Of a DNA stretch of 64,000 bases, positions 53,254-64,000 are shown piece by piece. The DNA is from Moniliella sp. 'wahieum'. Taxonomy: Eukaryota. Below the pieces are notes generated by a model. The model was not told the DNA's origin. It was given only the letters and a program-made list of their open reading frames with translations, and did not search any database. The first letter of the stretch is position 1, and each line of letters begins with the position of its first letter. The position numbers and the translations under genes are program-made. The stretch is taken from the NCBI GenBank assembly GCA_003971905.1, contig RSEE01000124.1:1-64000 (forward strand), read 5' to 3'.

Positions 53254-53523
53254 GATCTTCTTTGGTTAGAGGCCCTCCGCCGCATATTTTCACCCCCCCA
53301 CACACCACACACGGTTTCATCCTGGTACTTGCATCCCTTCAGCAGCACTGAGCATCCTTGCGTCCCCGGTGGTCAGACTAATTTCTGCATGTGCAAATGC
53401 AACCAATGGCCCTGCCAACCGCTGATAGATAAGATAGAAGCAAGGATTGTATACCAACGTGAGGGGGAAGAGGGGAACAGCGCGAAGGGTCCTGGAGACA
53501 AGACAAGCGGTAGCTCAAACGGG

Positions 53524-54449
53524 TTACATGATGGTGCAGCACGAGGAGTTGGTTTTGCGAGCAGTACTGTAAAACATTTTGCTCTGTTCGTTAAGCGAGC
53601 TGCTCTTCTCTACCAACTTGTCCAGGTCCTCCCCACGGCGCAAACCGAGTCGATGGTCTGGTGCAGGACAATCTTGGTATCATCAAGCTGCTGCTGGACC
53701 TGCATGATCTGGTCGGCCTGGCGGGGTCTTGATACCGCGTCAAGTACTCGGTGCCTTGAGGGAAAGCGTTCTGAGCATTGAGGATGCCCTCGCCCTTGGC
53801 AGGAGGTTGGGCACCCCCAGAGAGATACGGTTGACTTGGGCGTCGTACATGGACCGGGGCACCTTGAGTAAGAACTCGTCGAGCGCCTTGTTGAGCAGCG
53901 AGTAGGCCACACGGGTGGGGTACTCCGTGTCGCTGATGAGCACCCCACTAATCCCCTCGAAGCAGGGCGGACATGGACGGGGCGACATACTCGTTCTGCT
54001 GCACACTCTGCCTCTGGGTGGGACGAGTGCGCTCAGCCACCGTCTAACATGGCAAGGCAGGGAAGAGCAGGGCAGGGCAGGGCAGGGCGCGGCGGGGGGG
54101 GGGGGGGGGGGGCAGACAGGATGGATCAGCCAAGGTCACACGCAGGAGAGAACGGCACGCACCTTGGCCATGAAGGCCATGATGTCCTGGACAGTGCTGC
54201 GCTGGAGCCAGCTGAAGGTGGTAAGGTCCCAGCGCTGGTCAGCGGCACGGCCTGCCCGCCGGGCGGCTGGGCATAGATCAAGATGCCGTCTGTGGGGGCA
54301 GGGTGAGGGTTAGGGGGTAGGGCAGATGGGAGGTCAGTATACTCCTCAGCAGGACGGGCGCGCGCAACGCACACAGCTTCCTGTCGGCCACAGCGGTCAG
54401 TCGCGTGTGCGTGGGCAGCACACCGGAGCAGACGGAAGGGGACGCACAT
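53524..54449 (-). CDS. YKT6: Longin R-SNARE Ykt6
   Basis: Spliced [104 protein letters not shown] (CCxxM lipidation motif). Introns 54447-54381, 54372-54290 and 54162-54044. Confidence 0.95.
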
Positions 54450-54731
54450 GGGTAGTTGGGGGCAGTGGAGGTGGCGGTGGGTGGATGCTGCTCTGGCAAG
54501 CAAGAGGCCCGAGTCGAGACGCAGGCTGGAGCGCGCCGGCGTACGTCAGCGCGTGGGGGCATGGGTGATCCATCACGCAGGCAGACCACGGTCACCGGCC
54601 AACGAGCTCACCCACCGCCCCCGGCTGTCTGCCTCGCTTCAACCGCCCCCCCCCTTCCGCCCCGCATTCCGCCGCTGCTCGCTCCCACCGCACTTGGGCC
54701 CAGGACGAGCAGGCGCAGACAGCCGCCCACC

Positions 54732-55584
54732 ATGTCCTCCTGGCTGCCCAACTGGCGCTCGGGCCAGCCCACCCGCACGGGCCCCGCTGGCTTCCCGCCC
54801 GCCCCGCCGCCCCCGCCCATCCACCGCATCGATGTCCAGTGGGGCAAACAGAGGCTCTCCCTCCGCCTGCCCAAGAAGCCGCAGCCCGTCACGCTCGCTG
54901 ACTCAAGGAGGAGATCCAAGCAGCCACATCGGTGCCGTACGACAAGATGCAAGTCTTTTCCCCGGCCGGCAGGATGACCGACGACGCTGTCTCTTTGGCC
55001 CAGTACCGTCTCCGCGACGGGGACTGCGTGACGTTGGTTGGGCAACCGCTGCAGCGCCGACGCACCAACCATCCCCCGGGCGGCGAAAGGCACAGGCGCC
55101 GCGTGCTCAGCCCCGCGTTCCCCTCCCCGAGTACCGTCCTACCCTGAGTTTGAGCGCAGCAGGCTGCCGCGGCGAAACGCAAGGCAGCCGAGGAGGACCA
55201 GTCGGAGGAAGGCATTCTGCGTCGCATCCGGGCGGCCCAGCACGTTGCCCAGGTCGAGCTTCTCCCCGAGATGGTGCAGCTAGAACAGAGTGTCGCAGTG
55301 TTGCAGAGGAGGGTCTGGCATCAAGGCAGGCCGCTCATGAAGTGCCGCCCGAGTCCATCAATTTGACCGGACCCAACGCGGTGACCACAGGGCGGTTTAA
55401 CGTGCACCAAATCGTGTTGGAGCAAAAGAAGATTTCGGAATTGTTGCGTCAGCTTTTGTCCCTGGATAATGTTCAGGCACCGACGGATGAGCTACGCCAG
55501 GCTCGCAAAGCTGCGTCAGGCAGATTCAGGCCATGCTCGATCGCGTCGATGCGACCTGGACCCAAGCCAAGTCGCTGGGTGTGA
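54732..55584 (+). CDS. Ubiquitin-like plus BAG domain Hsp70 co-chaperone (BAG1-like)
   Basis: UBL: IDVQWGKQRLSL..TLA/LKEEIQAATSVPYDKMQV..MTDDAVSLAQYRLRDGDCVTLVG. BAG: KKISELLRQLLSLDNV..LRQARKAA/VRQIQAMLDRVD. Frameshifts present. Confidence 0.82.
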
Positions 55585-58146
55585 CGCCCAACATGTGAGC
55601 AGAGCTTGCGTGCCCACTTGGCTCTCCCGATTGCTCTTATATTTGCTACGACTGGGATGCATGCTTTTGCCTGTAATGTATTGCGCCAAACTGCTCATAT
55701 TGGCCTAAAGAATAACTCGGCATAGCAACTACTAGTATCACAGCGTGCGTGCGCAAACAGACCCCTTCTGGTGGTGTACGCGGAAGTGAGACTAGCGCTT
55801 AGTAGTATATCAAGTAGAGTAGAGCACGCGCCGACGGACGTCCACCCTTTCGCCATATTCAGATTTCAAGCTTCAGCTGAAGCCTCGGTGCCCCCCTGCT
55901 GGGTAGAAAACATGGCACACATGGCCCATCATTACATGTGGCCTGAGCCCGAAACGTTAAATATATCGCGAAGAACACGCCTATAATACTCCAACGCTTA
56001 ACTTAAACGCCCCACAACCAGATGGCAGAGTTCATGTGAACAAAAACGCCCATTTTCCCATTGCATTGATGGTATCCTTTCATGGTTGCGTACTTGCTGC
56101 AGTGGTGGGGGGTTAGGCTGGTCAACCCGGTCAACGTTCAACGGTTAACGTTTATAAGGGTTACCAACATATGCCTATGCCGTGTTACAGGTAACCGACT
56201 TGAAAAGGCTGTCATGCTGGCAAAACAGGCCTCACGCTGCCCAGGGGTGGCGGTTCAACGTTCAACGTGGAGCGCCGTTGAGCACGTCCAGCTGAGCTCA
56301 TGATAAGATCTGGAGCCCTGATGCATGATGGTCCTCTCCAGGGGTGAAGCGCATTCGTATAGTGGTGGTTGTCTAAAAAGAAATCTTCAGCAACGCCGAC
56401 AGACGAAGGTCAAGCAGCCGGTTGCCATCAGGGCTATATAGGATGCGGAACAAGGAAAAGAGAAGTGAGATCTGAGAAATAACGGAACCCTTACTAGGCC
56501 GGAGGGCCTGAGGAGGGACTGAAGGATGTTGGCCAAAAAAATACACACCCACCCGCAGTGGCTCAACACCTCAAGATCAACGGGGGCCACGCTGAGCGCT
56601 CAGCTTTTGAGCGCTCACAGCCGGCGGGCGAGCAGGAGGAGCGCGAGTGCGAGTGCGAGTGCGAATGGCTCGCACTGCTCAGATTTGCAACAATTCATAC
56701 ATCTCATGATGCATGAGAAGAGCCCCAGCATAATCCAGGGGCGTTTCTCTCTTGGTCAATTTACAGAAAGGCTGCGCCTCTTGCGCCTTTTATGATGATA
56801 CTTCTAATAGAGAGTCTAATCGATTATGCTCTCTTTCCCATCCGGGATATAGTAGGTGAAATTATGCCTTACAGCTTACAGGCTACTTATAAATGAAGAG
56901 GTAGAGATGGATCAATGCGGCTGGGGGGTGTAAGATACCTAGGGTAGCCCTTTTATATTGATAGCGTCGTGGTATGTGGTGCACGTGCACTTGACTCTTC
57001 CACAGCTTTGTGGTAGTGCCATACTTTTGAGGCGATTATATATACTCTACCTGTGTCCACAATGTGGGGATTGAGACTTTCTTGAAGAAATGGGACAGCT
57101 AGCTCGTTTCAGACAGACGCTGGAGAACAATGGTATATTGCCGAAAAAGGCACAGCATCAGCAGTATTTTAGCCACACAAACGCCGCCGTGGCGTTCCCC
57201 GCGGTCTTCCACACTTGTGTAAACGTGTACATGATGTACACACGTGCAAACAACAGCCTTACGAGTATTTAGCTTTACCAACTTCAGGCTGGACTGGCTG
57301 ACCTCATATGCTGTGTTTTTGCAGAGTTTTGCTATTAAGCTTCTAATGATCTGAATTGGTGCCGTGGCGCGCAGTAGCAATTTAAAGCGATCCGATCGTC
57401 TGTGCTTTTTGCTGCCGCATCGACCGCACCTCTCTCCCCGTCTGGCAGCGGCGCATCTCGGAGGATGCCGGAGCGACAGATCAGCTCGAAGCTTGAAACC
57501 TTGGAGCTTGAGAGGCGCAACAGAGGGCCTATTAGTACATTAGTGACAATCAATGGGGCCATGTAAGAGGGGGTCTAAAGCTTGTCCAAGCCAGGGGCGT
57601 GGCGCGTGACACGTATATGGATGTGAATGTCCGTGACGCGTGAAGCGTGAAGCTTGAAGCCTGACGCTTCAAGACAGCCAGGGGCCAAAAGCAAGCCGTT
57701 GGCCAACCTGCTAGGCACCGATGGTGGCCTCCGATTACGAATGTCGATTGCTGCGCCTGCTTTCCCAGTTCAAAGCCGAGGCGGAGCCACACGGTCAGCG
57801 GCGAGGGCGCATGGAAGGCGGGGCATGGCCCGACGGCGTGCTCACATACGCTTCCGTCCCATGTCGACCAAACGCAGCCACTGGCGCCGTGCACCCGCGA
57901 GCACCCCCGCACCCCTCCCGCGGACACTGGCCCCAGGCCATGTGTCTCACTGGTGCGCAGTCTGGTTTTCTAGTAGGGGGTGTAAAGGCAAAATAATGGC
58001 CACTGTTCGCCCCGGCAGCCCCAGCTGGCCGCTCGCCTGCCAGCTCCTCCAGCGTGGCCACACATGGTTTGTCCAGCCTACCCACTCGGTTCCCTCGTTC
58101 GAATCTTGGAGCACCACCACCACCCCTGCCCCCCCCCTCCATTCCA

Positions 58147-60652
58147 ATGGAGCGCGTCAGGCCCTTGTCCCCGGCCCGGCCCCTGCCTTCGTCTCCAGCC
58201 CACACGGAGGAGGAAACCAACACCTTCGTCACGGCAGCGCGACAACCGCGGTGGCAAAGTGGCGCCGGCCATAATACCCCCTTGACGCCTCTGGCTGTCC
58301 TTTCCGCGACGGACGAAGGCAGTCGGCTGGCTCCTCTCCTGGCGCCCTCAAATCCCTCGCTACTCTCGTTCTTCCATCTTCGCCTCGTCATCGCCCTACA
58401 TCACCACACCCGCTCCCAACTACGACTACCAGCAGCGCACCCTCAAGTGCCAAACCGCCATCTGCCACAACTCCTGGAAGCATGCGGTCTCGCTCTGCTA
58501 ACTTCCTCTCAGACCTGGTCCACACCTTTCCCCGTCCAAACCCACATCCTCTACCGCGATGGGATGAATCGGATGGTCAAGAGGAATGCTGGACACACTC
58601 ATTGGCCTGCCTCAGAGCCCAACACACGACGACATCCCACGCAATATGCCCAATCGGATGCGTCGTCATCGCCCATGTCATTGCTTGTCGTGGTGAACGC
58701 GACAGTATCCTTAAGCTCGATGCTGTCTTGGCGCCGTCATCTTTCTTTTCACCTTCGCCGTGGGTCAGCGCGGCATCCATTCCCCCCTATGGATCAAGTT
58801 CCTTTCGAGTGAGCGACACGTCCGTTGAAACCGCCTCTAGTATTTCAGCTCAATCCGATCTGCTTCCTACAACAATACCCGCCTCGCCTACAACGCCCAC
58901 GGCTCCTCCTTCTCTTTTGCCCCCCCCACACGGTTCATCTAGGTCCGAGGCCAAGCGTATGTTCTTATTCCTGTGGTACTTTTCTTGTTACTTGGCGGAT
59001 TCTAACTCCTGTATTCCCGCCGCTGAATTAGCAGAGATACGAAGCTGGGGTTCTTCTATTCAGTCATCAGCGCAGACTCGCATCCCGTGCTTCCACCACA
59101 ACCTCAACCATTGCAACGGAGCCGGCTTCGGATCTTCCTCGCAACGAATCAAGCACTTTCCTTTCCGACAAGGGAACCGACAGCTCTGCATTAGCTCGCG
59201 TGGGCGGGCCCGGATAACCCACAGACCCCTACTTACCCCTCCTAGGCTCAAATCCAACGTGTATTTGCATCGGGCCGAAGCTCACCAACCGCCTCGGCTC
59301 AGTATTCGCTTGTCAGGCGCCGGATTGGGGGAGTGGGATACTCTTTCGCCCCATACGTTCACACCATCATTCAGCGCGTCGATGACACCACACGAGTCGC
59401 GTTCCACTTGGGATCTACCCACGGGACCCTCACCCCAAGTGCGACAGAGCCAGCACTCCTTGGAGACGCAGTACTCGAACGATACCGGAATCGGGTCGAT
59501 CGGTTCCTCCCTAGACGACAGCCCTTGGCCAACGTCACAATCTCGTGACTCTGACATCGGTTTCACTTCTGACTCTTCAGGAGGAAATATTACTGCCACT
59601 CTTCTTTCTGTGCCAAACGGGCAGGGGACGGGGAGAACCGAGAGGGAAGACCCTCATCTCCAGCTTCGCCCTTCTTGTCGTCAGCGGTTCCCTCAAAGGT
59701 ACAGACTAAGGTACTCCGCAAAGTGTCGTCTCTTTGGGCATTAGGCACAGCCGCTACCGAGGACGTTCCTTCCCGGGCTTCGGTCGACTGCATCGGTGAA
59801 AACAAGAACACATCTCGGTTGGATCCAAGGCTCCAAGACGATTGGAGTGTTGGCATGAGCAGCACATCTTACCTGGCTACCTTCTTCTCTCTCTCTTGTC
59901 ACCCAAACGGCGAGGCGTCGCCCCCACCTCACCCCCATCATTTATTCGCCCTGCCTCCACCCGCCCTTTCAGTCCTACGTCGGCTTCGACCAGTTCTCAC
60001 TCTGCCTCCAAACATTCGCGGGACGGATTTCTGCCTAGTGCATCCTCAAGGCAAGAAGAGCACGTGCGTAGTCCCACCCCCGGAACGGGTACCACTCCCA
60101 CGACTCCCTCCCTATCCAAAAAGGGTGGCCTACGGTCCCGTCTGCGGTCTAAGGCATCCTTTGCTTCGCTTGTATCGGTGCGCAAGGACCCATACATCAC
60201 TCCTTCTCCCACTTTGCTTCCGGACCATCTTCCTGCCTATCCCCCCTCTTCTTTTGGGACGCCAGATTCGTCCAAAAAGAAGTTGTTACGCATTCGGACA
60301 CGAACGTCGCTGGCGGCGCTCCGCTAGGTTTCCTCCTACCTTACGGAATTGCGTGTGTACACGGACCCCCACTCACAACCGTTCCCCTATCGCGTTATCT
60401 ATATGTGTTCAACCCCTCTCTCCCCCCTCGCATCGCTCGATCGCGTCTGAGGCTGCCAAGTCATCATGGTACCTTTCTGGTCTTTTCCATGGCGTTGATG
60501 CTCACTCTACATATCCTCCTTTGTCCTCTTCGTCTGACCACCTCCCTCAAGACTCAAGGAAGGTGGTTCGTTTCTCTCTGTCCATCATTCAGTCTTTCCA
60601 GCAGGCCGCTTCACATGCTTCAAGGAAAAATTACACTCTCTCGAAGGACTAG
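58147..60652 (+). CDS. Hypothetical Ser/Pro/Thr-rich protein
   Basis: MERVRPLSPARPLPSSP.. and a chain of long overlapping Ser-rich ORFs, with intron-like segments near 58957 and 60328. No domain recognised; end uncertain. Confidence 0.45.
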
Positions 60653-61034
60653 GATTGAAAGTTTCGCTGGGCAGGGAACTCTCGTTGCCAAGGTGACCAC
60701 AGGAACTACATCCACTCCTGCCCTCTTATACGGCTTGTTACGGTAGGCAGCTTGGCATAGACAATCGACCGAAGGTGGCGTTGATGTCAGGGCCTGGTAC
60801 TTCCCCGGACGCGCCAGAGCAAGTGGAACAACCACCAGAACAGCTGGATCTTTTTTGCTGGCGCCCAGAGCAACGCGCTGGCATACTGTTACGTAATTCC
60901 ATTCGCGGTGGACGTGTTCCTCGGCGTCACGTGATGCCTGGTGTGGTGCTTGTTGACTTGGGGCCGTGGCGTTTCTGACAAGCGGCCAGTCCAACTCAAC
61001 CACCACCACCACCCACCACTACCGCTCTGTGGCC

Positions 61035-62831
61035 ATGGGCGAGCTGGCGCTGACATCCGATGCTCATGTTGCCGTGGATGTACTTCATGGTGCGTAGGAA
61101 TCGTAATCGGCACATTTCTGTCCGGTTTACTGACCATATGGCTTGCTATCCGCTCCAGTCGAGGTGCGGCTGCGTTACGACGCGCGTGTCGCCAGCCACC
61201 TTCTCGTCACTGCCCTCGACCAATACTTGGCGCGTCACATTCCGTCCATAACATGCAATGCGGAGCTTCCCGGATGGAAGGAAGATCCAACGCTTGCTTC
61301 CAACGTTGAAATGATTGCCGTCGGTGAATGCTGTGCGTCTTTTTTGACTGGGTCCACGTCTGCCTCCGCCTCCGCATCCATTTCGCGTATCCCTACTAAC
61401 TTGTTGTCTCTTCTTTAGCCAACGGGCAGCCCACTGTCACTCTCAGCCAGATCCATGTTCATGTTCATTTGTACAAGCTCGTTCCGGATGCGATCGAAGA
61501 GTTTACTGTCGGTGGAGACGAGGAAGGCGAGGAGGAGCCCGTCACGGCCGCCAGCACAGCCGCCTTGCCACGAAAAGAGTACGATGGCTTGTGGCGCAAG
61601 TACGTTTATTTTCTTGATTTTCTCTTTCTCCTGGTTGCTGTTTTCTGACCATGGTGGGGGGCTAGTTTAATCTACGACGATGATGTGAAGCAACGGTTGC
61701 TCCAGTATATCTACTCGACCATTGAACTGTCTGAATGCGGCATTGACGCTGACATCATTGCTTGGAATCGGTACGTGGCCCATTTTCTCTTCCCTCTTTG
61801 TACAGCCCGCTCACATCCGTTTTGGTCAGTCTCGTGTTGCTCCATGGTCCACCCGGCACGGGCAAGACGAGTCTGTGTAAGGCTTTGGCGCAAAAGCTCG
61901 CGATCCGATTGGGAACCAAGTATGCCAGCAGCCAACTGGTTGAGGTCAACTCCCACTCGCTCTTTTCCAAATGGTTTTCCGAGTCGGGCAAGTTGGTGCA
62001 GCGACTGTTTTCCATGATTCTGGAACTGGTGGAACAGGAGGACGCGTTTGTTGTGATCTTGATTGGTACGCATCGGTCCTCTTCATCCGAATTCATACTC
62101 ACACGTACCCTTTATCAGATGAGGTGGAAAGTTTGGCGACTGCACGGTCTGCTTCCTTGGGCGGCCTTGAACCCTCCGACGCAGTACGGGTGGTCAATGC
62201 GGTGCTCACGCAGCTGGACAAGCTCAAGCACCACAAGAATGTTCTCGTCATGACCACTTCCAACATTTCGGAGGCGATGGGTACGTGGACTCTTCTGGTG
62301 GTAGGGGTTCAACCAACGTGAACTGAAACGGCTTACTGATCTCGTTCTCTGCAGATTCGGCCTTTATGGATCGAGCCGACATTAAACAATACATTGGTCT
62401 TCCTTCCTCAGAAGCCATCTATTGGATCCAGCGCACATGTCTGGAGGAATTGATGGCCAAGGGCATGGCCACGCACGTTGTACGTTTCTCCTCCCCGCTT
62501 TATCAGCTTGCGTGGCTTGCGTGTGTTCGCTGACCCTCTCTGTTCACAGCCACTGTTGCAATGGCCCGTCGCATCCATGCTCACGTCACCCACGGGTCCA
62601 GACAGGGCTAGTTTTCTTTTGGCCCAACTGGCCCGCCAGACCAAAGGTCTTTCGGGGCGGTTGTTACGTCGGTTGCCTGTGTTGGCTCTGGCCCGACACA
62701 TCTCCTCGGTCGCGCGACCGATCCCGACAGAAATGTGGATCGAGGCAATGAGCAAGGCGGCTGCTGATTCTCAACAGGAGGCACGTCAAGTCCAAGCGGG
62801 TAGCTCTGCGCCCCTCCCTGAGCAGGCCTAG
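61035..62831 (+). CDS. PCH2: Pachytene checkpoint AAA+ ATPase Pch2/TRIP13
   Basis: [127 protein letters not shown]. About seven short introns, the first at 61090-61158. Confidence 0.95.
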
Positions 62832-63073
62832 TCGGGTCCATGGTCGCAACAAGCCATGCCCTTGGTCTTCCGGCATGTTCCCCTGCCATTCTCGTTCTTC
62901 GCGCTTTCATCGTAATTTGCATGACTGGTCCTGGGCCATGACCAGGTCGGTTCCCCGCTGTCTCTCACCTGCCTGCACGACTCTGTTTGGGTGAACCCGC
63001 GATCATGTACACATAGTCACCAGGCAATAGTACAAGTACAAGTACAATAATATACACACCAATCGCAACCTCC

Positions 63074-64000
63074 TCAAGGCAACACGTTCAGCACGTACAA
63101 CGCCCCGCCGGCATCTTGGGCCTTGACTACTTGCTTGGACAGGACGAGAGCATTGAGGGCCTTGTTGACTTGCACGCGCGGCAGTTTCGTGGCCGACACC
63201 AGGTCCGGCACTTAGGACCCACCAACATAGGTTAGCCTTTTTTTCAGCGTCAAAGAAGAGAGGCACGAGTACGTACAATGGGAGCCTGCGTCGCCGGCGT
63301 TGATCAATGCACCCAGTGTGGTCTGGGCCACTCTGGTCAGCGCCGGGTCCGAGCCGCGCCATTCGAGGGGAAGGCGGTCAATCGTGTCGGTGACAAAGAC
63401 CTGGGAAAACGAGAGGGAAACACGGTCAGAGCACATCAAATAGGTCAAAGAAAGTACCTATAGGGGCAACGTACCTCGCGTTGCTTTTTCTGCCGGTGTC
63501 AACTTGGGCTTGGTCGGTGCCGAAGGCTTCTTGAGTGCGCTCTTGCCTGGCTTGCCTGTCCCCGACGCGGCGGGGGCGCCAATTTGGGTTGCCTTGAATG
63601 GCACGGCCGCTGCGGGCGGCGGCGGGAGCGGAAAGGAAGCATCTGTCACAGCCGACTCATCGGCTGTGGCATAGGTCGTGTCGGCAGCGACGGAATGGGA
63701 GGATATGGTACTCTCAGCAGCGGTCGCAGATGGGTTGGATGTCGTGGTACCGAGGGAAGCGAGGAGCTGCTTGCGTTCCTGCACGCTCGTCGCCGCATCC
63801 GGCAGCGGCCGCTCGGACCAGTCGACCGTGAAGGCATTCATGCGCAGGCCATATAGGAACTCGGAGAAAGACTCTCCAAACACACTGAGCGACTCTCCAA
63901 TCCCCTGCCACGCAGCCAGGTTGGCTTCGAGGGTATTGGTCTCATCGCCGAGCAGGCCTAGTGCCTGGTCCAGGTGGGCGAGCGCGGGGGGAAGAACGGA
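63074..64000 (-). CDS. DAM1: DASH/Dam1 kinetochore complex subunit Dam1 (5' end outside window)
   Basis: LGDETNTLEANLAAWQGIGESLSVFGESFSEFLYGLRMNAFTVDW matches the Dam1 core (F.ESF..FLYGL.MNA..VD). Introns about 63475-63401 and 63276-63211; ends LYVLNVLP*. Confidence 0.85.

Noticed and set aside
5420..55584. Calling the frameshifted housekeeping genes pseudogenes, or invoking stop-codon recoding
   Set aside because: Conserved residues are intact, the breaks are frame changes rather than in-frame stops, and several genes are essential; sequencing error is more parsimonious.
24922..64000. A meiosis or cell-division gene cluster (Cdc20-like, PCH2, DAM1)
   Set aside because: The genes are spread over 40 kb among unrelated housekeeping genes, and I saw no shared regulatory motif.
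1..64000. CRISPR arrays, rRNA, operons, secondary-metabolite cluster
   Set aside because: No repeat-spacer array, rRNA signature or backbone enzyme seen; the DNA is eukaryotic with spliceosomal introns.

Overview
GC-rich, gene-dense eukaryotic DNA with few, short spliceosomal introns (GTACGT/GTGCGT/GTATGT donors, CTRAY branch sites). Gene content and structure suggest a basidiomycete fungus, probably Ustilaginomycotina (inference). Recognisable loci in order: decayed DHH1/DDX6 copy, intron-containing tRNA with a UAA anticodon, 14-TM MFS transporter, V-ATPase subunit a, DUF952 protein, SAC3, a Don1-like DH-PH-FYVE GEF, a divergent Cdc20/Fizzy-family WD40 protein, RRP5, NADP-glutamate dehydrogenase, UFD4 HECT ligase, a chromovirus integrase remnant, a divergent Itc1-like protein, an F-box protein, an ASH1-like SET protein, YKT6, a UBL-BAG protein, PCH2 and the 3' part of DAM1, plus several orphan ORFs. 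Most genes are broken by single-base frameshifts that look like uncorrected sequencing indels, so many coordinates are reconstructions made by eye. The most unusual signal is a tRNA with a leucine UAA anticodon but a short class-I variable loop. Others are a Cdc20-like protein with no visible C-box or IR tail, frequent AAG 3' splice sites, and a YKT6 start codon split by an intron. I found no multi-gene novel system that I can support.
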